Source: a virus (Duplodnaviria; Caudoviricetes). From it: 42,643 nt of DNA. Made by a program: the position numbers and the translations under genes. Shown here in pieces: positions 9,449 through 18,491 of this stretch; the first letter of the stretch is position 1, and every line of letters starts with the position of its first letter. The notes under the pieces were generated by a model, which was not told the origin of the DNA, did no database searches, and saw only the letters and a list, made by a program, of their open reading frames with translations. The DNA lies in IMG/VR virus record IMGVR_UViG_3300024331_000003, positions 1 to 42,643 of that record; one strand, 5' to 3'.

Positions 9449-10104
9449 AGATACGGCACCGCGACATTGCGCGCGGCGCTCTCATAGCGATGCGTGAGCG
9501 AATATTTGAAGTTCGCGACCGTGCGCATCAGCGTAGGCGTCACCTGTGAGCCGAAGTCGTCGGCCATGCGTTCCGCCAGCATCGCGGCTAGTCCCTCGAA
9601 ATGCCGGTTCGTGAACGGCGCGATCGAATCGAGATCGAGCCCGTCGATGCGCGTCCAGTTGGCGATGTTGCTCTCGTAAACATAGGTTTCGTTAAAGGCC
9701 GAGAGCTGATCCGTGATAACCACGCACGAGCCATCCAGCGGCGCGCGCGGCGTAGACGGAGCGGTAAACCCATAATCCGATGCACCGCCCCATGGCAAAA
9801 TGGCCGGCCAGAAGCCGAGCACGGAAGCCGACGCGGTGCTGTCCGTCACCAGATCGGGCAGCGTGATCGTCACGCCTGCTGCATTGTTTGTGCGGATGCG
9901 GTCCTGCTCGTTGGCCGTGTACGTCATGGCCGTCACGGTCACATCGTTCAGTCTGCCGAAGCAGCCCTGCCCGATCATTTCCATATAAAGGCCCTGTAGC
10001 GCGAGCATACAATCGCTCGCTTGATCGCCTGGAATAGGTTCCCCCGATGGGAGGACGTTGATTTTACGCAACGCCCTCCCGATCAGGTCACGGCATGTCG
10101 CCAC
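9445..10104 (-). CDS. Head-to-tail adaptor (P22 gp4-like)
   Basis: 'TCRDLIGRALRKINVL.SGE' N-terminus and 'LAAMLAERMADDFG' C-terminus; position after the capsid genes. Confidence 0.75.
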   Translation of the reverse strand: MATCRDLIGRALRKINVLPSGEPIPGDQASDCMLALQGLYMEMIGQGCFGRLNDVTVTAMTYTANEQDRIRTNNAAGVTITLPDLVTDSTASASVLGFWPAILPWGGASDYGFTAPSTPRAPLDGSCVVITDQLSAFNETYVYESNIANWTRIDGLDLDSIAPFTNRHFEGLAAMLAERMADDFGSQVTPTLMRTVANFKYSLTHRYESAARNVAVPYL

Positions 10105-10284
10105 CTAGTCTTCGACCTTGAAGAACCGATTGCCTTTCAGTTTGGCAACCGGATCGCCAGCAAAAAACGAGTAGCGATATCCTTTCGGTACGTCTGTTGG
10201 CGTTCCTTTGACGAAGGTCAGACCATAGAGTTCGGTCTGCTTCTGGCTTTCGTCTTCTGGATCGCCGAGCCAGGTTACTTTCAT
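10105..10284 (-). CDS. 59-aa hypothetical protein (not in ORF track)
   Basis: MKVTWLGDPEDES..YGLTFVKGTPTDV..KLKGNRFFKVED*; strong RBS AAGGAG; fills the gap exactly. Confidence 0.75.
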   Translation of the reverse strand: MKVTWLGDPEDESQKQTELYGLTFVKGTPTDVPKGYRYSFFAGDPVAKLKGNRFFKVED

Positions 10285-10296
10285 GGTCGTTTCTCC

Positions 10297-10743
10297 TTAG
10301 CCGCTCGTGGCCGCGTCTTCGTCGATGTAGTCGATGCCGAGTTCGATGGTGCCCGCTGCACCCGTAGCCGGCTGCAGATGACAGGTGATGATCACCGCCG
10401 TTTTGACCGTGTTCTTGTAGAACACGCCGGCAATCGCCATCGTCGCATCGACGGCGGCCGATTGGCCTGCGGTCGATGCAGACCAGTAGCGGGTCGCCGA
10501 TCCTGAATCGCCAACGTCCCATGTCACAGCGGGCGAGACGTTGGTATCCACGTCCGTACATTTCAATCGCCCGCCCGTGACGCGAGCGCCGGCTGGAAGA
10601 TAGAACATGTTGATGACATCGTTCGTGGCGATGGTGGAAGCCACGGCAGCCGTTGCGTACACTGTCTTCTTGTTGCCGGCGTAGCCATGCGTATAGGCCG
10701 GCTGGCTCGCAGCGTATTGGGTTGAACTTGTGGTTGTTACCAT
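10297..10743 (-). CDS. Capsid decoration/cement protein
   Basis: 148 aa beta-rich ('NDVINMFYLPAGARV'), directly after the capsid gene, strong RBS. Confidence 0.65.
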   Translation of the reverse strand: MVTTTSSTQYAASQPAYTHGYAGNKKTVYATAAVASTIATNDVINMFYLPAGARVTGGRLKCTDVDTNVSPAVTWDVGDSGSATRYWSASTAGQSAAVDATMAIAGVFYKNTVKTAVIITCHLQPATGAAGTIELGIDYIDEDAATSG

Positions 10744-10755
10744 TGTCGTTTCTCC

Positions 10756-11901
10756 TTAATCCGACACGCTGCTGGTGAAGACAGAAACCATGCCGTACTG
10801 AACGCCGTTGAAGCTGACCTTATTCTGTCCGCGGAGTTCCTCGATTGCCACACCGGGACGGAATTGGAAGTCCTTCAACAAGTCTGTACGGGGAGTTGGT
10901 TGCTGGCCCCACGCGACCGCCACTGCGGATTGCCCGCAGAGGAAATTCTGGCCCACATCGATGCTGGAAGCGCCGGCCCCGATGATTCTCAGCGCCGCCA
11001 ATTCCGGCACCTGCCGGTAGATCACGCCGTCGTAAAGCAGGTCGCCATCCTGAAACAGCGGGTTCTTGTCCATGCTCGAACCTTCGCGCGCCCGCGCATC
11101 CCGATTGGCGTTGATCATCGCCGTATCGGCTTTCAGGTCGCGGAAGGAATATGGCTCGCAGAACATGACGTAGTACTCGCGGTCGAAGCGCGGATCCTGA
11201 TAGGGCCGGATATGTACGCCCGTACCCACCAGATTTGCCCCGACGCCATAACCGCCGGCCAGTTGCGCCATACGCTTGGCGAGTGAGCCAATGGATGTGG
11301 ACAGTTTGTCGTTCGTCGAGTCCACGTTGGCCAGTCCTGTTGCAAACGTACCGCTCCAGTTGGACGTGGCGGCACCGAACAGGATGCGGTCCTTGTTGTT
11401 GGTGCTGTACGTGTTGCGCTGTCCTGCCGTGGCCGAGGCATAGTTGACGTAAGTATCGTGCACCCCGGAATTTGCACCCGGAATGACGATCTGGCCCAGC
11501 GACTGGATGATGTTGTCGCGCAATGTCTCCGCGCTCCACTGCCTCAGATTGGCCTTGGCGGCGCCCCATAGATCGATCTCGGAGAGATATGAGGTCGATT
11601 TGGGCACGCGAACGCCGTTGCGTAGCCAGTCCACGACAACCTGTGCAGAATAGTTGCCGAGGTCTTCTTCGGCACCGTCCAGCACTTGCGAGCCGGTGAC
11701 ACCGGACCCTTTCAGGCGCGTGATGAGCGGGAAATTGATGATTTTCCCGCGTTCGTTCTGCAATTCACCGCGGATGCGGATGATCGCAGTCTCTTCGCGC
11801 GTCATGTAAGGCGCAAAGCCCGACATGCGCACGTATTCGCTCAGATACTTCGCGCTCCAAATTTGCCGTTCGGAGTCAGAAGCAAGGGTTACTTCTGCCA
11901 T
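10756..11901 (-). CDS. Major capsid protein (DUF4043/N4-gp56-like)
   Basis: 381 aa; 'GKIINFPLITRLKGSGVTG..LDGAEEDL', 'NPLFQDGDLLYDGVI', 'FLCGQSAVAVAWGQ'; follows the scaffold gene. Confidence 0.85.
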   Translation of the reverse strand: MAEVTLASDSERQIWSAKYLSEYVRMSGFAPYMTREETAIIRIRGELQNERGKIINFPLITRLKGSGVTGSQVLDGAEEDLGNYSAQVVVDWLRNGVRVPKSTSYLSEIDLWGAAKANLRQWSAETLRDNIIQSLGQIVIPGANSGVHDTYVNYASATAGQRNTYSTNNKDRILFGAATSNWSGTFATGLANVDSTNDKLSTSIGSLAKRMAQLAGGYGVGANLVGTGVHIRPYQDPRFDREYYVMFCEPYSFRDLKADTAMINANRDARAREGSSMDKNPLFQDGDLLYDGVIYRQVPELAALRIIGAGASSIDVGQNFLCGQSAVAVAWGQQPTPRTDLLKDFQFRPGVAIEELRGQNKVSFNGVQYGMVSVFTSSVSD

Positions 11902-11907
11902 TGTGGT

Positions 11908-12741
11908 TTACCTTGGAAATACGGCATCCAAAGTCGCCTCCAGTCCCATCGGGACGCTTCCTGTGTGCGATCCTGCGGTGGGCTGCGCAGCTAATGAGCG
12001 TTGCGGCGAAGGCTGTCGTGGTGCCGCGGGTTGCGGTGATGCAGCCGCGCCATTCGTCGGCACAGGCTGCGGCGATGTTTGTGTGGCGTTGAGCTCGGCC
12101 CAGCGCGCCCGGACGTATGCGTCGGGGTCGTCGCCAATTTTGGACATCAACTCTTCGCGTTTCATCTGCTTGACGGCCCAATCGATCGGATGACGCTGGC
12201 GCAGATATTCGGCAGCGAACGCGGGCGAGGCTTGCGCGCGTTCCATGCCCCAATCCATGGCCTTCTGTACGGCGTCATCCCCGTGGGCGGAGCGCGCGAT
12301 CAGTTCCGATGTGTCGAAGCGGGCGCTCGTCTGCGCGCGGTTGACCAGATCGGCCTGATAGAGGGCGTATCCGTCCGGGTCTTCAAGCGGCGAAGGAACC
12401 TGTATGTCTGGCTGCTGCGAACGGGATTCCTCAAACTCGGCGAGACGCTTCTTCGCCTCTTTGAGTTCTGATTTCCATTCGAGAGCGACGGCTAATGGAA
12501 TGCCATCTACGGTCTTCGGCGGCTCTGCCGGTGCGGCCGAAGGTGCGGCAGCGGCAGGCGTTTCGACCGGCTCAGGCTGATCGGCAGGCTTGGCGACGAA
12601 GCGGCCGCTTTCATCGCGGGCTGGCTCTTTCGGAGCTTCCGGCGTTTGCGGAGGCGTTTCATGTGAAACATCGGCAGGCTTGTCGATCTTCTGGCCCGTG
12701 ATATCGGAAACCAGATTTTCCATTTCGTTGTCGTCTGACAT
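11908..12741 (-). CDS. Scaffolding protein
   Basis: Acidic Pro-rich N-terminus with 'RDESGRF', coiled coil; lies between portal and capsid genes. Confidence 0.75.
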   Translation of the reverse strand: MSDDNEMENLVSDITGQKIDKPADVSHETPPQTPEAPKEPARDESGRFVAKPADQPEPVETPAAAAPSAAPAEPPKTVDGIPLAVALEWKSELKEAKKRLAEFEESRSQQPDIQVPSPLEDPDGYALYQADLVNRAQTSARFDTSELIARSAHGDDAVQKAMDWGMERAQASPAFAAEYLRQRHPIDWAVKQMKREELMSKIGDDPDAYVRARWAELNATQTSPQPVPTNGAAASPQPAAPRQPSPQRSLAAQPTAGSHTGSVPMGLEATLDAVFPR

Positions 12742-12744
12742 GGC

Positions 12745-12832
12745 AGTTCCTTCGGCTCGTGTCCCGTGAGCCAAGCGTCATCGCCCGCGTACCGGCGGCG
12801 TCCCGTGAGCGCCCGAAATTCAGCGGCGGCCT
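12745..12832 (-). promoter_or_regulatory. Structured leader of the scaffold gene
   Basis: Two GCCGCCG-n-CGGGCG units, an 11-nt direct repeat (12761-12771 and 12800-12810) and a GGCTC/GAGCC hairpin next to the RBS. Confidence 0.45.
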
Positions 12833-12833
12833 G

Positions 12834-12862
12834 TTGATTTCGATTGGTTCGTGACGCAAAAT
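12834..12862 (+). promoter_or_regulatory. Putative sigma70 promoter for the tRNA pair
   Basis: TTGATT-17 nt-CAAAAT; the start site would fall near 12869. Confidence 0.35.
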
Positions 12863-12868
12863 GCTCGC

Positions 12869-12946
12869 GCCGCGAGGAATAGCTTATTGGGCAAAGCGCC
12901 GTGCAACGCCGGAGAAGCGGAGGTTCGAATCCTCCTGCCCGCGGCA
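12869..12946 (+). pseudogene. Degenerate tRNA / tRNA-like element
   Basis: TA-GCTT..AAGC D arm and perfect GGAGG-TTCGAAT-CCTCC T arm, but collapsed anticodon arm and mismatched acceptor stem. Confidence 0.6.
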
Positions 12947-12955
12947 TTCTCTATC

Positions 12956-13026
12956 TGGCTCGTAGCTCAACGGAAGAGCAGGCGCCTTATAAGCGTCCGA
13001 TTCGCGTTCAACTCGCGACGGGCCGA
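12956..13026 (+). tRNA. tRNA-Ile(UAU)
   Basis: Full cloverleaf: TGGCTCG/CGGGCCG acceptor, GCTC/GAGC D stem, GGCGC-CTTATAA-GCGTC anticodon arm (TAT at 12988-12990), TCGCG-TTCAACT-CGCGA T arm, A73, no encoded CCA. Confidence 0.85.
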
Positions 13027-15039
13027 TTACGGCTGCTGTGCGCCGTTTGGTGCCGCGCCCGGTTGAGGTTGCGGCGGAATGATCGGTTGCGGCTTGCCGG
13101 ACTGATCCAGCACATAGCCCGGAGGCAATTGCGCGCCGGCATGAGCCGTGACATGCGCCTGCAGGGCCGTCGCCGCTGTCTGTACTTCGGCAAGCCCGGC
13201 ATTGGCCATGTTGCGCGCGACTTCCGAATTGATCTTGTTGATCTGCGCCTGCAGCTCGGCCATTTTGCCTTGCATGACGCCCTGCTGTTGTTGCGCGACT
13301 TCGGCCTGCGCTTCCTCCAGCATGTTGATCAGTTCCTGCTTGCGCGGCAACGGCGACATCTGCAGCAGCACCTTGAATGGCACGGCCTGCGGGCCATAAG
13401 CCTGCGCGAGCTGCGTCAATTCCGTGAATATCTCCTGCTGCAGATTTGCCGTGTCGGGCACTGTGTCCACGATGATATCCACATCCATTTTGGCGATATG
13501 GTTCTTCATCTGCGGAACGATTGTCGGCTGTCCGGTCTGCGGGTCTTGCTGAATCTGTGCCGGGCCTGACGGATCATTGATGCGCACAAACTTCGGTGCT
13601 CCGAGGTCGTCGGTGACGCGAATCCATTTCGGATCGGTCCAGAATTGCCGCGCCGTATTCCACATGGCTCGGTAGACCCTGAGTTCCCAATCGGAGAACC
13701 GCCCGATGACGCGCGCCAGTTCCGTCAGCCCTGCCTGTTGGCGCATCTGCACGGAACGCCCGGAAGCATCCGCACCCTGCCGGCCGAGTATTGCCGGATT
13801 CGGGCCCATACGTTCGATCTCGGCCTTCGCTTCGGCCAAGAGTTCGGCCTGACCGACCATCTGCTCCTTGGTCGAGACGATGTTCCAGCCGGTCGGAATT
13901 ACGCCATCGGGTTTAGCAGCTTCCTCACGAGCAATATCAGCGTGCACTGTTGGCGCGTTGGGATCGACTTGCTGAACCTGTCGGACATTGAGCAGATGCA
14001 GCAGCTTCGAGCGCCGCATGTTGATCTCGTCCTGCGGCCCACGCATGTCGCGCACGACGCCATAGCGGGCATTATTGCGATCCACATACGCAGACCATGC
14101 CACGATCGGATTGCGCGGCGCGCCCTTGTCGTCCTGATACGAGCTCTCCCCCGAAGAATGGATCCCTGCGGGCGAAAATACGCAACGATTCCAGGCCGTC
14201 GCTTCCTGGTAATACATATCGACAGCGACGAGACGGCGTTGCTTGCGGTCTATCCAGGCGGTGGGAGTGCTTTCGAGTGGTCGGTCTTCCCACGTCGCGT
14301 CGAAAGGTCCAATGCCAATAGATGGGGTTGAGGCGACGGAATTGAGGATGGCTTCCTTCTGCTCTGGATAAACCGCCGCCAGCACATCCGCATACATCCA
14401 CTTAGCCACACCCATGTAGCGAGCATCGCCAAAGTCGGCCCTTCGGGAGTGGGGGTCATAGAAAAATTCCTCCCAACGAATTTGCGTAACGGTCACATCG
14501 CCGTCGACCTGCTCGATGATAGAGGCACCGTTGCCTTCGACCAAGCCGTTCTCCAGCACGTCCATCTTCTGGGACTTGAACTGGTTCGTGTCGGCAATAA
14601 AGCGCAGCGTCATCGAGGCTACGTCACCAGCATCAAGCGGCGGTTTCTGCGGTGCCCCCTGTGGGCCCGGTGCTGCACCTTGCTGTTGTGGCTGCTGATT
14701 CTGGCTAGGATCGCCCGGAGGCGGCGGATTGCGCATGTAGGCGCGCGGATCCGTCTTGCCCTGCTCGAGCACGCCGATAATGCCGTCAACCCCGCGGCGG
14801 ACCCGATTAATGATCAGTTCCGGCTGACCACGGAAGCGCAATATCTGAATCTCGGCCGGCGTGAGCTGATGGCCGTCGTAATAGTCGCGGTCCAACATCG
14901 ACTGCGTGCGCGCGTCCATCGTCAGTGTGCGCGCATCGTCATACATGCGCTTCAGGCGCAGGAGGAGGTCGGGATTTTGCTTGGGAGCGGTTTTGGGTGA
15001 GGGATTGGTACTGTTTGTGTCGTAGGCGGCGTCAGCCAA
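13027..15039 (-). CDS. Portal protein (P22-like)
   Basis: 670 aa; 'DRDYYDGHQLT..RGQPELIINR', 'YGVVRDMRGPQDEINMRRSK', Gln-rich C-terminal barrel helix. Confidence 0.9.
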   Translation of the reverse strand: MADAAYDTNSTNPSPKTAPKQNPDLLLRLKRMYDDARTLTMDARTQSMLDRDYYDGHQLTPAEIQILRFRGQPELIINRVRRGVDGIIGVLEQGKTDPRAYMRNPPPPGDPSQNQQPQQQGAAPGPQGAPQKPPLDAGDVASMTLRFIADTNQFKSQKMDVLENGLVEGNGASIIEQVDGDVTVTQIRWEEFFYDPHSRRADFGDARYMGVAKWMYADVLAAVYPEQKEAILNSVASTPSIGIGPFDATWEDRPLESTPTAWIDRKQRRLVAVDMYYQEATAWNRCVFSPAGIHSSGESSYQDDKGAPRNPIVAWSAYVDRNNARYGVVRDMRGPQDEINMRRSKLLHLLNVRQVQQVDPNAPTVHADIAREEAAKPDGVIPTGWNIVSTKEQMVGQAELLAEAKAEIERMGPNPAILGRQGADASGRSVQMRQQAGLTELARVIGRFSDWELRVYRAMWNTARQFWTDPKWIRVTDDLGAPKFVRINDPSGPAQIQQDPQTGQPTIVPQMKNHIAKMDVDIIVDTVPDTANLQQEIFTELTQLAQAYGPQAVPFKVLLQMSPLPRKQELINMLEEAQAEVAQQQQGVMQGKMAELQAQINKINSEVARNMANAGLAEVQTAATALQAHVTAHAGAQLPPGYVLDQSGKPQPIIPPQPQPGAAPNGAQQP

Positions 15040-15361
15040 AGACCACGCCTATGCCGTCAATTGACGGCCTTGCATCACTGCCACTAAATTGCGCGCGTAG
15101 CTTCTCAAAATCCACAGGGCGATCTTGCAGGTCTCGCACTCTGCGAATTGTGTTGAGGATATTCTTGCGTATAAATGGATGCCGATGCCGTCCGTTACGG
15201 TCAAAGAAGTCGCCAAATACAGCCCACGCGTACCATATCGCATAGCGCAATATCTGACGCTCGCTCATCCTGGACATGAAAAACTCATCGCACTGCAATT
15301 CCAGGCCTAGCTGTCTACCGCGCCGCCTCATTGTCACGCGATCTTCCATAATGTCGGCCAT
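15032..15361 (-). CDS. Hypothetical protein
   Basis: 109-aa ORF overlapping the portal start, in operon order. Confidence 0.5.
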   Translation of the reverse strand: MADIMEDRVTMRRRGRQLGLELQCDEFFMSRMSERQILRYAIWYAWAVFGDFFDRNGRHRHPFIRKNILNTIRRVRDLQDRPVDFEKLRAQFSGSDARPSIDGIGVVFG

Positions 15362-15546
15362 TTCGTTGGCGCTATGTGGATCGTTCCCGGTTTGGCGAAC
15401 TCTCTACGAATATCCTCCACCAAGAACGGATCATATTTCCCCCACACGCCATCTGAAGCCAAAAGCTGCGGCAGTTCCTGCGGAAAGCATACAGCCACTA
15501 TTGCCTCGCGCAATCTACGTTCCCTAGCAGTCAGGCGACGCGCCAT
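15334..15546 (-). CDS. Hypothetical protein
   Basis: 70 aa from ATG 15546 with GGAGG RBS; overlaps the TerL end. Confidence 0.5.
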   Translation of the reverse strand: MARRLTARERRLREAIVAVCFPQELPQLLASDGVWGKYDPFLVEDIRREFAKPGTIHIAPTKWPTLWKIA

Positions 15547-16904
15547 GATTTTCCTCCTTGCGGCCTCCACCGCTGCAAATCGGCCGGGTCGGCAGGCTTC
15601 GGCCGCTGTATCGCTGGCCTGATCTGGCAGTTCACAGCAAATTCTCCGAATGCGTCGGCCGCATGGCTGTTTTCGTCATGGAGTGGGCCGCTGTAGACGC
15701 GCTGGCTGGCGTTCCAGCGACGGCGATAATTCCTGAGATGGTCCAGTCCGACATGGCACGATACATCGAAATGGCAAATCGGGAGGAGCTGTCGCGCAGC
15801 GTTAATCCGGTCGGCGGGATCGGCAGCGATGCCAACACGAATGTCCCTAAGTCCAAGGCCATTCAGCGTATCCCGTCTTGATCGAGCGCCGGCGCCCCAT
15901 TCCCGAACCATGACATCGTGAGGGAGAAAGTGCGTACCGTAATTCCCGGCCCATTCTTTGCTCTTGAGGTGCGCCACGATTGCGGGAGCACCTTCTCCGC
16001 TCGTCTCGTAGTAGTCGATGACAAAGACGCGCTTGCCGTCGTCCTGGAAGAACCAGATGGCCGTGTAATCATCGACGCCAATGTCCCAGGCCGTCTTGAC
16101 CTTCAGAAGCGGGTTATAGGAACAAGAGCCGATGCGATTCTCGTCCTGAGCTTTGGAAAGAGCTTCGCCGAAATACGAGCCTGGAACAGGAGCGTCAAAG
16201 TCCACAAGATACTCTTGCCGAAATAGGGCATCGCCTTCTTCCTCAGAACCGCATTCGGCTATGTAGGCGGCGCGTTCGTTGGCCAGTTGTTCGGGCGAAA
16301 AAACACCCGTGCGTGTAGCGGGTAATCTTTCCGTGAACCAGTTACTATCGCGTTGACGAGCTTCGAAAGTTCTGACCGCGTGATTTCGTCCGCGGGGGGT
16401 CCAGATGAAAAGTGCCCATCCACCGTTTTCGAGGAGGATCGGCCGCAGGTAGTTCCAACTTTCAGGCCGAGAAAGAGCCCACTCAGAAAAGACAATGCCA
16501 ACAGGAGGGGAGCCAACGAGGCTATCAAAGTTGTCACTACCTACCACCTGCCATGTCGAGCCGATCCGAAAGCGGATCATCATTTCGTTCTCGCGCGTAA
16601 CTTCGCGCAATTCCTTCGGAAAAGCTACATCGATCCGGCGTTTGCTTGTGTGCGGGTCAACCGCTTCCCAAATCGCCTTGCGAGCCTGAGACGCCTCCGG
16701 CAGCATGTGCCAATAGGTGCCGACCCGAAGATGCAGTGCACACGCCGCCCAATGTAGTCCTACGTCATCCTTGCCGGCCCGACGGTGCCAGGCAACATCA
16801 GCAAACCGAGTGCCCGTTTCCAATGCGCTCCACAACGGCCGTTGATAGGACCGTGGGCGCCAGTTGTTCGGAAGCCTGATCGTCGGAACAGCGGACAACT
16901 TCAA
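15531..16904 (-). CDS. terL: Terminase large subunit
   Basis: 'PRSYQ' adenine motif, Walker A 'WHRRAGKD', Walker B 'GIVFSEWA', 'WTPRG', nuclease 'AWDIG.DD' and 'SHAADAF'. Confidence 0.93.
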   Translation of the reverse strand: MKLSAVPTIRLPNNWRPRSYQRPLWSALETGTRFADVAWHRRAGKDDVGLHWAACALHLRVGTYWHMLPEASQARKAIWEAVDPHTSKRRIDVAFPKELREVTRENEMMIRFRIGSTWQVVGSDNFDSLVGSPPVGIVFSEWALSRPESWNYLRPILLENGGWALFIWTPRGRNHAVRTFEARQRDSNWFTERLPATRTGVFSPEQLANERAAYIAECGSEEEGDALFRQEYLVDFDAPVPGSYFGEALSKAQDENRIGSCSYNPLLKVKTAWDIGVDDYTAIWFFQDDGKRVFVIDYYETSGEGAPAIVAHLKSKEWAGNYGTHFLPHDVMVREWGAGARSRRDTLNGLGLRDIRVGIAADPADRINAARQLLPICHFDVSCHVGLDHLRNYRRRWNASQRVYSGPLHDENSHAADAFGEFAVNCQIRPAIQRPKPADPADLQRWRPQGGKSWRVA

Positions 16905-17172
16905 CCCTTAGAGCGATTTCACCTGTAGCGTTTACCTGAAGTGGTAAAACCTTGCCGAGCAGTGTGAGAAATGCCGTGGGATTGGCTGCTGCCTGCTTTC
17001 GTAGATATTTGGCACCGCCAGCTTTATCGAAGGCTTCAAGGATCGCCGCTTTAACGTCTACAGTCAGCCTGTTCAGGCTTCCCTTTTGGCGACCGCCAGT
17101 TTTGGCATAGCCCTTTGGTCTGCCGCGGCGTCCGTTTCTAACGATTTCTGTTTGAGAATTAGTCGCAGTCAT
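16798..17172 (-). CDS. terS: Terminase small subunit
   Basis: 'GRPKG..TGGRQKGSLN', 'AILEAF..AGG..YL', 'PTAFLTLLGKVLP'; directly upstream of TerL. Confidence 0.75.
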   Translation of the reverse strand: MTATNSQTEIVRNGRRGRPKGYAKTGGRQKGSLNRLTVDVKAAILEAFDKAGGAKYLRKQAAANPTAFLTLLGKVLPLQVNATGEIALRVEVVRCSDDQASEQLAPTVLSTAVVERIGNGHSVC

Positions 17173-17253
17173 CAGCTTTTCGCCCGCTCGTAAGACTGGC
17201 GGTTATCCCGGACTTGACTAATCCCTAGGAAGGGCGATCCGGGGCTGCTAATG

Positions 17254-17478
17254 TCACCATCCGAGGCCCCAGAAAATGCAGCTCACAGCGCCCCATGCGG
17301 CGCCGAAGAAAATCGGCATGGCGACAATGAACCGCAAGGCGCTCACACAACCCCACCCGAAAACCAAGACCATCACAATTACTTGCAATATGCTCGCGAA
17401 AAGGCCCGCAAGTATTTTGACAACGTGATATGGTTCTTCAGCGGACATACCGCCGAATATCTCAGCAACAAGCGTCAC
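17254..17478 (-). CDS. Small membrane protein
   Basis: GTG start with AAAGGG RBS; two hydrophobic segments. Confidence 0.45.
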   Translation of the reverse strand: MTLVAEIFGGMSAEEPYHVVKILAGLFASILQVIVMVLVFGWGCVSALRFIVAMPIFFGAAWGAVSCIFWGLGW

Positions 17479-17541
17479 TGATTTGCCCTTTCGGCGCAAG
17501 TTTCAGTCATGGCAGAGCGTTGGGCCGGATTCGCCCATTTG

Positions 17542-18018
17542 TCAAGTGGTTAATCCGTAGTGCTGCGCGAGCTGGTCGATCGCCACAACGAACGCGCCTG
17601 TGAATGCCCGATGGTCAACCTTGCGGTCACGCGCAGCGAATATGATCGGCTCGTTGCGAATGACAACAGCGGCGATGAGTTCTACCGCAGCAGGGCTCAG
17701 CGAGGCCATAGCGCGGCCGTAGCGCATTGCGGCTGCAAGCTTCGCATCTGCCGGGGTAACGCTTCCTCGCGCCTGTCCGCCCATCTGTGAGGCAATGCAG
17801 CATGGAATTTTGGATGCCATCTCCCAATCGTGCTGAAGCTTGCGGCCGGCCTGGAAGTGATGCGGCTCGATCGTTTGCTGTTTGAGCAGGCGATCCAGCA
17901 CATCGAAGCGCCAGACCTGGGGCTCAAGTTCGCGTAGCCCGCGCCCATCGAGATCACGCGGATGATGCAGCTCCGGCGGATTGCCGTTATGGCCTTCTTT
18001 GGCGGTGAGAGTGGTCAT
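17542..18018 (-). CDS. Late transcription regulator candidate (DUF6456-like, Q position)
   Basis: 'LDRLLKQQTIEPHHFQAGRKLQHDW' and C-terminal 'AIDQLAQHYGL'; lies between the replication and packaging genes. Confidence 0.65.
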   Translation of the reverse strand: MTTLTAKEGHNGNPPELHHPRDLDGRGLRELEPQVWRFDVLDRLLKQQTIEPHHFQAGRKLQHDWEMASKIPCCIASQMGGQARGSVTPADAKLAAAMRYGRAMASLSPAAVELIAAVVIRNEPIIFAARDRKVDHRAFTGAFVVAIDQLAQHYGLTT

Positions 18019-18491
18019 GCCGATCCAAATCTTCCGCCGTCTCGATAGAGCGCCGGTATCTCGTGCTCGTGCCAGTCGGACTTCCACTCGCTGCGAGGGG
18101 TGAGCCACCATAAATTCGGTCGCATCAGCACGCTTCGCTGCGAGTCGTTGAAGCCACGATGAGCGCAGAACTTATCGAACCGGCGCATTCGTTGCGCGTG
18201 TTCTTCCTCGGGGCTCAGATGGATTTCCATCCGCTTTTCGAGGACGCTGCGAGCCTTCAGTGCCGCTTTGCAGGCACCGATGAATGCGGCGATAGGGGGC
18301 CAACTGGCGCGTGTATGCTCGGCGCGAACTTCCACCCAAGCAGCGGCAAGAATCTCTTTCGAGTAGCCATCCAGCGCGTCGGCATACTGCCCGAGAGCAG
18401 CCAATTGCTGTGTTTCCGACATCTGCCGCGGAGACAGGAAAAGCTGCTGCATGGGATCGAGAATCTCGATCTGAACATCAGTGCGTGACAT
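18015..18491 (-). CDS. Replication protein P-like helicase loader candidate
   Basis: 'YADALDGYSKEILAAAW..WPPIAAFIGAC' motif; follows the initiator gene. Confidence 0.5.
   Translation of the reverse strand: MSRTDVQIEILDPMQQLFLSPRQMSETQQLAALGQYADALDGYSKEILAAAWVEVRAEHTRASWPPIAAFIGACKAALKARSVLEKRMEIHLSPEEEHAQRMRRFDKFCAHRGFNDSQRSVLMRPNLWWLTPRSEWKSDWHEHEIPALYRDGGRFGSA

Noticed and set aside
12507-13569. ORFs 12507-12947, 12851-13066 and 12901-13569 over the tRNA region
   Set aside because: They translate tRNA sequence or the antisense of portal and scaffold; shadow ORFs.
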